A stretch of DNA of 63,974 nt, counting the filler, from assembly GCA_964501035.1 (NCBI GenBank). It is 7 parts of 7 records of this genome, joined end to end, with 100 filler letters (N's around TTAATTAATTAA, not from the genome) between each part and the next. Parts side by side here need not be neighbours in the genome. Positions count along the whole stretch, not along the records: positions 31,345 to 41,389 come from CAZCRK010000062.1; positions 41,490 to 51,371 come from CAZCRK010000063.1; 5 more parts are not named here. One strand, given 5' to 3'. Of the stretch, positions 39,333 through 49,128 are shown piece by piece. The stretch's first letter is position 1; each line of letters begins with the position of its first letter. Below the pieces are notes generated by a model. The model was not told where the DNA came from. It searched no databases and saw nothing but the letters and a program-made list of their open reading frames with translations. A program made the translations under genes and the position numbers.

Positions 39333-41162
39333 ATGAGACTATATATATTTTTAATATTCATCATGTCTATTGGGTATGGACAACAATTTTCAGATGGACC
39401 TTATGGAGAAAACTATTTCGACATTGCTGGACCTTTTGCAGTTTCAGATTTAAATATTGAAACTACAGGGGATTTGAATCTCGATGAAACAGTAAACATT
39501 CAGGATATCCTTATTATTGTGGGGTATATCATGGGCAATATTGAGCTATCTGACAATCAATTTTACCAGGGTGATGTTAACTCCGATTCAACTATAGATA
39601 TTTTGGATATTGTGAATATTGTGGATATGATTTTACACCCCCAAACTCCAGAATGGAATTTCGAGAATGAATGGACCGGTGATGAATCGTATATTTTCAT
39701 TCACTATGATCCATCGGTATCTACTTCAACCCAATTATGGTTATCCAACAATAAGGCAGAGTTATTAGAAATTTCACCTAATAATGTGCATTATTTTTTC
39801 ATATCCAGCAGAAGTCAGTTTGAATCAGATGTTCAAATAGTGAAAGATGGGTTTGATGAGGTGTTAACCGATTTATCAGCTGAAGAACAAACCCATTGGA
39901 AATCTCATTTACATTTTGTGAATCAACGTTCATCTCAGTTGGGGAATTGGTTGAGTAGTGCATTGTCGGATAAAGCTGTCTTGGCAATCGATTCCTTTCA
40001 GCAATTACGTCAAACGGGGTATTTAGGAAACCCATCTAATTTTACAGGGACATATCTGCATTATTTAGCCCATGAAGCTTTGTATTTCAACTACGAATTA
40101 TCAGAGTTTAGAACCGATGATGTTTTTGATGAAGTTGTTATTTTTGATGAGGAAATTTATACAGGGGGCTGGGCATCCACTATTTCTCAATTGGTTGAAT
40201 TACCGAGTACAGAATCCTTAAACATTTATTCAAAAATGGAAGTTGAGTTGTTACGCGGTTGCCCCAATGCATCGGGTAATTATGATGATGATGGATGTGA
40301 TGATTATGATAGAATTGCACATTTATATATGTGCGATGGGGTATGTTTTAATGATGAAAACAACAATGGAAGTGTGGATGCTGGTGAAACGATATCTAAC
40401 AATTACGAAACGTGTGAATCAGATGGATATCAATGGGAGTTTAATTACAATTGTTACGAAATTGCACGGTGGATAACCCCATTTGATAGACAACCTCATC
40501 ATTTAACAGATATTTCTCCATTTATTTCATCGTTGTATCCGGGTGGACAAAAACTCATCAAGTTTCAAGAATCGGGGTGGCCAAATAGTAAATTGACTTT
40601 GAAATTAAGACTTCATGAAGAATTGGCTCAAGACACACCCAAAGAAATATATCCAATTTGGAACGGTACCGTTCATTTTAATCCCGACTATAACGATAAT
40701 AGACCACCTACTGTTTTTGAAGTTCCTGCAAATGCTACGAAGGTTGAATTTGTTACGTACATTACTGGCCATGGTTGGGGGAGTGCAGGTTGTTTTAATT
40801 GCTGTGAATTTTGCAATTCTCGGCATATTTTTACAGTAAATGGGGGAGTGTACGAATTTGAACGAGATCACCCTACCGCATCTTCGTCAGACCATTGCAT
40901 GCAGCCAGAAATGATTACACAAGGTGTTATTCCTAATCAATATGGTACATGGGGATATGGTCGAGCAGGCTGGTGTCCAGGGATGGATGTTGACCCCTAT
41001 ATTACAGAAATTACTGATTTTATAAATCTTGGTGAAGAAAATATTATCGATTACGAAGCATGTCGGGTGAATGGAAACTCATGTGTAACTGCACCCACAT
41101 GTCAAGGAGATGGCTATTGTCCTGAAGTCGCAATGTCATCTTATATTGTGATTTATTATTAA
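39333..41162 (+). CDS. Peptide-N-glycosidase F-like protein with N-terminal dockerin-like domain
   Basis: GDLNLDETVNIQD...GDVNSDSTIDILD; CDDYDR, EIARWITPF, ITGHGWG...CCEFC, GTWGYGRAGWCPG. Confidence 0.82.
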   Translation: MRLYIFLIFIMSIGYGQQFSDGPYGENYFDIAGPFAVSDLNIETTGDLNLDETVNIQDILIIVGYIMGNIELSDNQFYQGDVNSDSTIDILDIVNIVDMILHPQTPEWNFENEWTGDESYIFIHYDPSVSTSTQLWLSNNKAELLEISPNNVHYFFISSRSQFESDVQIVKDGFDEVLTDLSAEEQTHWKSHLHFVNQRSSQLGNWLSSALSDKAVLAIDSFQQLRQTGYLGNPSNFTGTYLHYLAHEALYFNYELSEFRTDDVFDEVVIFDEEIYTGGWASTISQLVELPSTESLNIYSKMEVELLRGCPNASGNYDDDGCDDYDRIAHLYMCDGVCFNDENNNGSVDAGETISNNYETCESDGYQWEFNYNCYEIARWITPFDRQPHHLTDISPFISSLYPGGQKLIKFQESGWPNSKLTLKLRLHEELAQDTPKEIYPIWNGTVHFNPDYNDNRPPTVFEVPANATKVEFVTYITGHGWGSAGCFNCCEFCNSRHIFTVNGGVYEFERDHPTASSSDHCMQPEMITQGVIPNQYGTWGYGRAGWCPGMDVDPYITEITDFINLGEENIIDYEACRVNGNSCVTAPTCQGDGYCPEVAMSSYIVIYY

Positions 41163-41213
41163 AAAGGGTCATGACTAGTTAAATTGTGGTTTTGTAAAAT
41201 TTACCAGCTATTG

Positions 41214-41287
41214 TACACCCGACAGGATTCGAACCTGTAACCGCTGGAGCCGAAATCCAGTGCTCTATCCAGTTGAGCCACGGGTGC
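41214..41287 (-). tRNA. tRNA-Arg(TCG)
   Basis: GCACCCG acceptor; CTGGA-TTTCGGC-TCCAG anticodon arm. Confidence 0.95.
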
Positions 41288-41319
41288 AGTTTAAAAAAAA
41301 TCCCACAAAGTGGGAAATG

Positions 41320-41389
41320 GGTGGCTGATGGGATTCGAACCCACGACATCCTGAACCACAATCAGGTGCTCTAACCAGCTGAACTACAG
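41320..41389 (-). tRNA. tRNA-His(GTG), 5' end cut by contig end
   Basis: CCTGA-TTGTGGT-TCAGG anticodon arm; GGTTCGAATCC; CAGCCAC-C 3' end. Confidence 0.93.
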
Positions 41390-41489
41390 NNNNNNNNNNN
41401 NNNNNNNNNNNNNNNNNNNNNNNNNNNNNNNNNTTAATTAATTAANNNNNNNNNNNNNNNNNNNNNNNNNNNNNNNNNNNNNNNNNNNN
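41390..41489. other. Artificial contig spacer
   Basis: N44-TTAATTAATTAA-N44. Confidence 0.99.
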
Positions 41490-41539
41490 GAAAAATAAAT
41501 TTGTGAAATTTCATCTCGTTCATCAGCCCAAGTAACAAT

Positions 41540-41561
41540 AAAGGCAGCTCACGCTGCCTTT
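41540..41561 (-). terminator. Hairpin after the Cys-rich gene
   Basis: AAAGGCAGC-TCAC-GCTGCCTTT. Confidence 0.6.
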
Positions 41562-41564
41562 AAT

Positions 41565-42047
41565 TTATGATTGTTTGTTTTTACAGCAATTGGCATCTTT
41601 TTTCCAAAACTTCCACCAAGGCTTTCCACCGCTTTTATCACATTTTGTCTTATCGCATTTAGATTTGTCACATTTAGACTTATCACACTGAGTTTTGTCA
41701 CATTTAGATTTATCGCATTTCGATTTACTACATTTCGTTTTGCCATTTTCATCTAAACCTTTTGCACAACATGCGCCTTTACAATCTTTTTTGGTACATT
41801 GTTTTTTCTCAGCTGATAAATCTTTTTTACAACAGTTTTCAGGTCCACCTTTAGCCTTACAACATGCAACAGTAGTTGTTTCGGTTGCATTTACATCCGT
41901 TGCAACCTCAGTATTTTCAGCAGTCATTACTTGCTTGTTTTTACAATTTTTCATGTCTGCATTTTTATTTTTACAGCATGCTTTACCTTGTGCAAAAATC
42001 ATTGCACCCGATACTAATACAATCAACAATATTGATAATTTTTTCAT
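41565..42047 (-). CDS. Exported Cys/Lys-rich repeat protein
   Basis: RBS AAGGGG, signal peptide MKKLSILLIVLVSGAMIFA, 20 Cys, 7 CDKSK-type repeats, KPWWKFWKK. Confidence 0.8.
   Translation of the reverse strand: MKKLSILLIVLVSGAMIFAQGKACCKNKNADMKNCKNKQVMTAENTEVATDVNATETTTVACCKAKGGPENCCKKDLSAEKKQCTKKDCKGACCAKGLDENGKTKCSKSKCDKSKCDKTQCDKSKCDKSKCDKTKCDKSGGKPWWKFWKKDANCCKNKQS
41631..41732 (-). repeat. Coding 15-bp tandem repeat, 7 units (C-D/S-K-S/T-K/Q)
   Basis: Read directly; units differ mostly at synonymous positions. Confidence 0.9.
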
Positions 42048-42169
42048 TTTATCCCCTTTCAAAGTAATAGTTAATGATAAATGAGCCGTAAACTTACGAT
42101 AATCAAGGGTAAATGTTTCAATATTTTATAATATATGCATTTTGTTCCCGTTATCTTCTAAATTTAGGA

Positions 42170-42553
42170 ATGCGAAAGATAAGAAAAAAATTCAGTTTAT
42201 ATGTACGATGGTTAGCACGGATATGGAGCATTTTAAGCATAGCATTTTTAACATTTATGGTTTTTGCACACATTATTGGTGGAAAGTTTGGTTCGTTTAA
42301 TTCTACCCAAGAATTCATTATGTTTTGTTTTTTCCCAATAGGGATTATAATTGGAATGTTAATTGCTTGGAAAAACGAAGGTATTGGTGGCGTTATCACT
42401 ACAGTGTCAATAATAATGTTTCACATCATTAGCAATCTATATTCGTTGGATATTTGGATTGATGGATTATCTGTTCCGGGAATACTTTTTCTTTTAAGCT
42501 GGAAAATTTCAAAATCAAGCACTATAATTGATTCGTTTTTTCTGTGGAGATAA
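42170..42553 (+). CDS. Small 4-TM hypothetical membrane protein
   Basis: RWLARIWSI, FPIGIIIGMLIAWKNEGIGG, PGILFLLSW; start uncertain. Confidence 0.7.
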   Translation: MRKIRKKFSLYVRWLARIWSILSIAFLTFMVFAHIIGGKFGSFNSTQEFIMFCFFPIGIIIGMLIAWKNEGIGGVITTVSIIMFHIISNLYSLDIWIDGLSVPGILFLLSWKISKSSTIIDSFFLWR

Positions 42554-42598
42554 TAGCTAAACAGCATTAATTTTACTCCCTTATGAATAACATATTCC

Positions 42599-43909
42599 AT
42601 GACTGATTATCAACCATCTGTTTTATCTGCACATTTACCCCCGCTCGCAGAACGAGTTCGTCCGCAACAATTAGAAGAATTTATAGGTCAAGAGAATATT
42701 ACAAACACGTCATCTCTTTTGATAAAATCAATTCAAAACCAACGGCCTTTTTCGATGATATTATGGGGAGCTCCTGGTACGGGTAAAACAACATTAGCAC
42801 GAATTATAGCAAAAGAATTTGACTCAGAAATATTTGAGTTATCCGCTATTTCGAGTGGAGTTGTTCAAATTCGGGAGATATTAAAAAAGGGGAAAGCTAA
42901 TTTCCAATCTGGTAAACGGTCACTATTATTTATTGATGAAATTCATAGGTTTAACAAAGCCCAACAAGACGCACTACTTCATGCGGTTGAAGATGGTTCG
43001 ATTATTCTGATAGGCGCAACCACAGAAAATCCATCCTTTGAAGTTATTTCTGCGTTGTTATCACGGTGCAGGGTATTGAAACTGCATGCATTACAAGAAT
43101 CCGAACTTCAAAAAATTATAAATCGGGCAATTAAAGAAGATGTCCTTTTATCACAAAAATCTATTTCTTTTACACAAAATAGTAATGAATTTTTAACACA
43201 AACCTGTGGTGGTGATGCTCGTAAAATGCTCAATGTTTTGGAGTTAACTGTTTCTTTGTTTGATACCAACGAAATTCAGATTACAAAAGAAAACATTTCG
43301 GAAGCGCTTCAACAAAAACAGGTAATTTATGATAAAGATGGTGATTATCATTACGATGTTATTTCCGCATTCATAAAATCAATACGCGGTTCGGATCCAG
43401 ATGCTTCTGTGTACTGGTTAGCAGTAATGTTAGAAGGAGGTGAAAAACCCGAATTTATTGCTCGCCGTCTTATTGTACTCGCATCCGAAGATATTGGAAA
43501 CGCAGAACCCTATGCTTTACAATTAGCTACGTCTGCCTTTGATGCTGTATATAAAATTGGAATGCCTGAATCCCGCATAATTTTAGGGCAAATAACCACA
43601 TATTTAGCATCGGCTCCAAAGAGTAATGCATCTTACCAAGCAATTGATTCGGCATTAGCTTATGTGCGAGAACATGGTGCAGAATTAGTGCCTTTACATT
43701 TGCGAAATGCCCCCACTAAATTGATGAAAACGGAGGGCTACGGGAAAGGATATAAATATGCCCATTCTTTTGAGAACCACTTTGTGGAGCAATCATATTT
43801 TCCTGAAACAATGCCCCAACATCCTTCGTTTTATAATCCAACCAATGAAGGTAGAGAAAAATTCCTAAAGGAACGATTATCAAAACTATGGAAAAGTAGA
43901 AACAAATGA
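42599..43909 (+). CDS. rarA: Replication-associated recombination protein A (RarA/MgsA)
   Basis: PLAERVRP, WGAPGTGKTT, FIDEIHRFNKAQQD, SAFIKSIRGSDPDA, VPLHLRNAPT. Confidence 0.96.
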   Translation: MTDYQPSVLSAHLPPLAERVRPQQLEEFIGQENITNTSSLLIKSIQNQRPFSMILWGAPGTGKTTLARIIAKEFDSEIFELSAISSGVVQIREILKKGKANFQSGKRSLLFIDEIHRFNKAQQDALLHAVEDGSIILIGATTENPSFEVISALLSRCRVLKLHALQESELQKIINRAIKEDVLLSQKSISFTQNSNEFLTQTCGGDARKMLNVLELTVSLFDTNEIQITKENISEALQQKQVIYDKDGDYHYDVISAFIKSIRGSDPDASVYWLAVMLEGGEKPEFIARRLIVLASEDIGNAEPYALQLATSAFDAVYKIGMPESRIILGQITTYLASAPKSNASYQAIDSALAYVREHGAELVPLHLRNAPTKLMKTEGYGKGYKYAHSFENHFVEQSYFPETMPQHPSFYNPTNEGREKFLKERLSKLWKSRNK

Positions 43910-46900
43910 TTCGATTATTTTCAATCATTGTATTGTTTTCAATATTATTTTCAGAGGAAACCGTCTGGGAATATGACGCTGATTTATTTACAGGCAGGGA
44001 AACAGAAACCGGTGAAACTGTTCGTAAATTTATTGGAAATGTGCGAATTTGGCAAGATTCTCTCACAATTTATGCGGACAGTGTAAGTCATTTCCCTAGC
44101 CAAAAAACCCATTTGATTCAAGGCAATGTAAAAATGATTGACGTAGCAGATACACTCACCTGTGAAACGCTCCTGTTTGTATCAGACTCTACTGAATATT
44201 TAAAAGCATCTAACAATGTTCATTTTGTCCAGAGTGAACAACAATTAGATTGCGACTCCTTGCAATATTGGACGGAAATAGATTCGGGTTTTGCTGTAGG
44301 AAATGTGGAAATGATGCAGGCAAGTAGTACACTTAATGCTCACCAATTTAATTATTGGAAAACAGATGGATTCAGAGGGTCTTCATTTATTGCTCATGGA
44401 AATACTATGTTGAAAAATGAAAACCAGACCCTTTCTGCTAATTCTATTGAGTATATTGACGAAACGCAATTTATTTTAATGAGTGGAAATGCAACCATTG
44501 AAGATACATCCCATATTGTTTTAGGTGAACAGGTTCACGTTCAATATTCAGATTCTTTAATAGAAAATATTCACGTACTAGAAAATGCTGTGTTATGGAA
44601 TGATCATTCAGCAAAACCTACCCAAGGTGCCTCTTATCAATCATTTCGTGATGAAATGTTAAGCGAACATATGACTGCTTATTTCATTGATGGCAATATT
44701 GATAGATTAGAATTATCTGGAATGGCATCAGCCGAGTTAAATGTAGTGGATGACACCCTGCTCATTGGGTTAAACATTACCAGTGGAGATACCATTAGTA
44801 TGAATTTTGAAAATGGCAATGCACAACGTATTCAAGTTTTTGGAGGGGCAAGGGGGCAGTTTGAACCAGAAGGTGAATCAACCAAGGTAGATACTACTGT
44901 AATTTATCAAGCGGAATATATTGATTATCATATAAACGATGAAGTCAGCTATTTAAATGATAATGCAAAGGTGGAATATCAAAACATGGTGTTAACCTCT
45001 GGGTATATTTTTGTAGATTGGAATACTAATATATTGGAAGCTGAATTGAGAGACGACAATTTTCCTACCATTGACACAAATACTGGTGAGCCCATGACAG
45101 GCGAAAGCATGGTGTTTAATCTAATTACAAATCATGGACGAATAACGAAAGGAAGAACAGGATTTAACAACGGTTTTTATCATGGAAATGAGATTTTTAG
45201 AGACGAACCCGAAATGTATCATGTAAATCATAGCAAATATACCTCATGTGATAGAGAAAATCCCCACTTTTATTTTGGCAGTCGGTTTATGAAAATGCTT
45301 CCCAATGACAAGGTGGTTGCAAAACCATTAATATTGTATGTCTTTGATATACCCATTATCGGGTTTCCTCTAGCGGTGTTTCCAAACAAAGGTGGCAAAA
45401 GAAGAAGTGGTTGGATAATGCCATCATTTGGAACGCATAGTAACTGGGGATCATATTTGCAAAAACTGGGTTATTTTTGGGCACCCAATGATTATATGGA
45501 TGTCAAATTTATATCCAATTTTTATGATAAGAAGGGGGTTGAATTACGAACATACGGAAATTATAAAAAACGATATCGATTTAATGGCAGTATTTCCTCT
45601 ACATTTCATAGAAATTTAAATGATGTTACCAAAGATATCACGGATATATTTTCTGATAAAACCACACAAAGTTGGGATTTGCATTGGAAACATAAACATA
45701 CAATTGATCCGACTCAATATTTCAATGTGGACTTCACCTATGTTTCAAGCAGTAATTTTTATCAAGAAACCGGATACAATTTAGATACTCGACTCAAACA
45801 ACAAATTAATTCATCGGCACATTATTTTAAATCATGGCCCAAAAATTCTCTTTCAATAAATTTGAATGAAACCTATGATTTATTGGCGGAACAGGACGAA
45901 CCCTCTACAACAGTTGGTAGCACAAATTTTTTCAAATCTCGCACCCTTCCACAAATTAGTTTTAGCCACTCCCATAGTAAACTTTTTGGAAATGGTGATA
46001 ATTGGTATAACAATATTTATTGGCGAGAGTCCACTTCATTTAGACGGGTAGAAAAAGAAGGGTATGTTTCAACTGCAGTGCCTGACGACACACTTTTTGC
46101 GTGGAATGATACCTCATATTCTAACCAAAATATTAGCCATAGCTTTACCTTTACAGCACCCCAAAAATTCTTTGGATGGCTAACCCTAAATCCGAGTGCA
46201 AATTTTAAAGAAGATTGGGTTTTTAAATATCGACAGCCTAATGTTGACGAAACTACTGGGTTGTTTGCAGATGAAGATACTAATTCAGTAGTAGATTACA
46301 CAGAAATTAACGGGTTCAAACGCCGGCTTACAGGTTCTGTCTCTCTCTCGACAAACACAAAAATTTATGGTATTTTTCCAGCTCCCATCGGAAAACTAGA
46401 AGCGATTCGTCATGTAATTACCCCATCTGTAAGCATTGGCTATAAACCGGACTATTCAAAACTCAATTTAGGATATTTTGAAACGGATGCTTCAGGTGAA
46501 ACATTTGATTACTTTTCTGGATCAATGGCAGGTGGAACATCCACAAGTGAACAAAAGAATGTTGGAATCAGCATCAAAAATTTATTTCAAGCAAAAGTTA
46601 AAAGCGGAGAGGATACATTTCAAAAAATTGACCTATTAAATTGGAATATTAGTACTAGTTATAATGCAGTAGCAGATTCGCTAAAATGGTCAACAATCCG
46701 CTCATCCATTAACACATCGCTACCCGGAGGTTCTAATCTAAGCATTTCAATGACTCACGATCCCTATAAAGTGGATGATGATTTTAAGCGAATAGATATT
46801 TTATCACCATTGCCGCGACTCACGTATATGGATGCATCCACCAGCATCAAATTATCTGGAAGCAGTATCATTGGTTTTGCACAATCTGAATCAACCACAA

Positions 46901-47328
46901 ATGACACACTCGATTATGAGAAAGAGGAAGAACTTCACTATTCTAACCAACCCTATGAACCTGTTTTGGGTGATGGCAATTTGTGGGAGTCTTCTTTAAG
47001 TTTTCGTTATTCACTTCAGAGAATTTTACCCGATGAAGATGGTGAAGATTGGGCAAAATCATTTTGGATGAATGCAAATATGAAATTTAGAATTACCCAA
47101 AACTGGAAACTTACCTATACTGCGCGTTTCGATTTGGAAGAAAAAGAATTGGTGAGCCATAGTTTTTATGTGTTCCGACCCCTTCACTGTTGGGAGTTCA
47201 GTTTTAAATGGTGGCCCGGTGTTTCAGGTGGTACAGGGAACGGGTTTATGTTAAATATTTATGTGAAAAATCCTGACTTGAGAGATGTTAAAGTAGAATC
47301 AACAGGTGGTCGTCTATTTGGATTTTAA
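43906..47328 (+). CDS. lptD: LptD-like LPS-assembly protein with extended N-terminal OstA/LptA-like region
   Basis: Repeated GNV/NNV beta-jellyroll segments, YTSCD...PHFYF, RRSGWIMPSFG, LGYFWAPNDY, RPLHCWEFSF. Confidence 0.8.
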   Translation: MIRLFSIIVLFSILFSEETVWEYDADLFTGRETETGETVRKFIGNVRIWQDSLTIYADSVSHFPSQKTHLIQGNVKMIDVADTLTCETLLFVSDSTEYLKASNNVHFVQSEQQLDCDSLQYWTEIDSGFAVGNVEMMQASSTLNAHQFNYWKTDGFRGSSFIAHGNTMLKNENQTLSANSIEYIDETQFILMSGNATIEDTSHIVLGEQVHVQYSDSLIENIHVLENAVLWNDHSAKPTQGASYQSFRDEMLSEHMTAYFIDGNIDRLELSGMASAELNVVDDTLLIGLNITSGDTISMNFENGNAQRIQVFGGARGQFEPEGESTKVDTTVIYQAEYIDYHINDEVSYLNDNAKVEYQNMVLTSGYIFVDWNTNILEAELRDDNFPTIDTNTGEPMTGESMVFNLITNHGRITKGRTGFNNGFYHGNEIFRDEPEMYHVNHSKYTSCDRENPHFYFGSRFMKMLPNDKVVAKPLILYVFDIPIIGFPLAVFPNKGGKRRSGWIMPSFGTHSNWGSYLQKLGYFWAPNDYMDVKFISNFYDKKGVELRTYGNYKKRYRFNGSISSTFHRNLNDVTKDITDIFSDKTTQSWDLHWKHKHTIDPTQYFNVDFTYVSSSNFYQETGYNLDTRLKQQINSSAHYFKSWPKNSLSINLNETYDLLAEQDEPSTTVGSTNFFKSRTLPQISFSHSHSKLFGNGDNWYNNIYWRESTSFRRVEKEGYVSTAVPDDTLFAWNDTSYSNQNISHSFTFTAPQKFFGWLTLNPSANFKEDWVFKYRQPNVDETTGLFADEDTNSVVDYTEINGFKRRLTGSVSLSTNTKIYGIFPAPIGKLEAIRHVITPSVSIGYKPDYSKLNLGYFETDASGETFDYFSGSMAGGTSTSEQKNVGISIKNLFQAKVKSGEDTFQKIDLLNWNISTSYNAVADSLKWSTIRSSINTSLPGGSNLSISMTHDPYKVDDDFKRIDILSPLPRLTYMDASTSIKLSGSSIIGFAQSESTTNDTLDYEKEEELHYSNQPYEPVLGDGNLWESSLSFRYSLQRILPDEDGEDWAKSFWMNANMKFRITQNWKLTYTARFDLEEKELVSHSFYVFRPLHCWEFSFKWWPGVSGGTGNGFMLNIYVKNPDLRDVKVESTGGRLFGF

Positions 47329-47380
47329 TTGATATTATGCTTTGAATTAATATAAAAAGGTCAAGAAATTTCCCCCTGCT

Positions 47381-47860
47381 ATGAACTTGTCAGAAATACT
47401 AAATAGAGATACAATTCTCTATCCACTGCTATCGAAAGATCGTGAAAGTGTTATTCAAGATTTACTTTCTCACTTACAAGACTTAGATTATTTATCAGCT
47501 ACCACCACGTTATTTTCAAATATTGGAGAAGAAGAAAAGAATGTCTGCTCTGCAGCTGGTCGTGGGGTTGCATTCCCACATAGTACATCCGTAGAAGTAA
47601 AAGAGCTTGTGGCAGTTCTCGGTATATCCAAGCATGGTATTGACTACAATTCACCCGATGGGCAATTATGTCATTTAATTTTGCTAACATTAAGCCCAGT
47701 TGATGAACAGGATGTCCACCGACGATTCATTAATCGATTTCAACATATGTTGAGAGATTCATCATTACGTGCAGAACTTTTTGATGTAAGTAGTCCGCTT
47801 GAAGCAGAAAATATCATTCTGCATTGGGAAGATGAACAACAACGCGAGATGGAAGACTAA
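47381..47860 (+). CDS. PTS EIIA (PtsN/Fru-type) domain protein
   Basis: GRGVAFPH, LGISKHGIDYNSPDGQ. Confidence 0.82.
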   Translation: MNLSEILNRDTILYPLLSKDRESVIQDLLSHLQDLDYLSATTTLFSNIGEEEKNVCSAAGRGVAFPHSTSVEVKELVAVLGISKHGIDYNSPDGQLCHLILLTLSPVDEQDVHRRFINRFQHMLRDSSLRAELFDVSSPLEAENIILHWEDEQQREMED

Positions 47861-49128
47861 TGGCTTCTCTAAAAAATATAAAAGGTACTAAAGATTTACT
47901 CCCACACGATACACTGCATTGGAGAGAAATTGAATACGTCATTCACGAGTTTATGGCAGTGCATGGATACGGTGAAATACGAACTCCAGTTTTTGAAAGT
48001 ACAGAATTATTCAAGCGTGGAGTAGGTACAGAAACTGATATTGTATCCAAAGAAATGTATAGTTGGGAAGATCAAGGTGGGAATCAACTCACCTTGCGCC
48101 CCGAACTGACAGCACCTGTTGTACGAGCATTCAATCAGCATAATTTGAGACATCTTGCTCCCATCAATCGATTATATTATATTGATAGTTTATTTCGCAG
48201 GGAACGTCCACAAAAAGGAAGACAACGACAATTCCATCAATTTGGAATAGAAGCGTTTGGCTCTGAATATCCAGAGCAAGATGCCGAAGTAATTGCAATG
48301 GCATATCGTATATTTGAAACATTTGGAATAAAAGATTTACACGTTAAACTAAATAGTATTGGAAGTAGCAATGTTCGCTCCCAATATCTAGAAATTTTAA
48401 GAAGTACTCTTCAAGGTGATAATATTGAATTATGCCCTACTTGCACAACTCGATTAGATAAAAATGCCTTACGTGTGTTTGACTGCAAGAATCCTGCATG
48501 TCAAGAAACATTGGATACCCATGCACCCACTATTTTTGACCATATAACGGATGAAGATAATACGCATTTTAACCGAGTCGTGTCGCTCTTAGATGCAATG
48601 AATATTCCATTTACTCATGATAAAAAATTGGTACGTGGGTTGGACTATTATACTCGAACAACATTTGAAATTACGTCGAGTTCTCTGGGAGCCCAAGATG
48701 CATTATGTGGAGGAGGTCGTTACGATAATCTAGTAGAACAACTCGGTGGCAAACCCTTACCAGCTGTTGGTTTTGCAGCAGGGCTCGAACGCCTGTTTAT
48801 TGCGATGGGTGATGATGGGAATCATGAACATTCTCAAACCGATATTTATATGGTACTGCTGGGAGATGAAGCCATCCAAAAGGGGTTTGTATTGGCAGAT
48901 GAAATACGACAAAAAGGATTTAGGGTAACGTTGGAAACATTGCAACGTAGCATGAAAGCCCAAATGAAAGAAGCAAACAGAATGGGCGCACAATTTACAG
49001 TTATTATTGGAGAAAATGAAATTTTAGAAGGATCAGCAATTATCAAAAATATGGAAAATAGTGAGCAAACACAAACCCCATTTGATTCGATTGCATCTCA
49101 TTTTACGTTGGACCACCCCGAGGAATGA
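47860..49128 (+). CDS. hisS: Histidine--tRNA ligase
   Basis: KGTKDLLP, LRPELTA, FRRERPQKGRQRQFHQ, LVRGLDYYTRT, GGGRYD. Confidence 0.98.
   Translation: MASLKNIKGTKDLLPHDTLHWREIEYVIHEFMAVHGYGEIRTPVFESTELFKRGVGTETDIVSKEMYSWEDQGGNQLTLRPELTAPVVRAFNQHNLRHLAPINRLYYIDSLFRRERPQKGRQRQFHQFGIEAFGSEYPEQDAEVIAMAYRIFETFGIKDLHVKLNSIGSSNVRSQYLEILRSTLQGDNIELCPTCTTRLDKNALRVFDCKNPACQETLDTHAPTIFDHITDEDNTHFNRVVSLLDAMNIPFTHDKKLVRGLDYYTRTTFEITSSSLGAQDALCGGGRYDNLVEQLGGKPLPAVGFAAGLERLFIAMGDDGNHEHSQTDIYMVLLGDEAIQKGFVLADEIRQKGFRVTLETLQRSMKAQMKEANRMGAQFTVIIGENEILEGSAIIKNMENSEQTQTPFDSIASHFTLDHPEE

Noticed and set aside
41179..41361. 60-aa ORF
   Set aside because: It is a translation of the tRNA-His and tRNA-Arg genes.
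31345..41389. DGR template repeat or reverse transcriptase on the same contig
   Set aside because: I found no second, AAC-rich copy of the VR and no RT motif by eye.
41631..41732. Possible CRISPR or other non-coding array
   Set aside because: Contiguous 15-bp coding units with no spacers, and no cas genes in the window.
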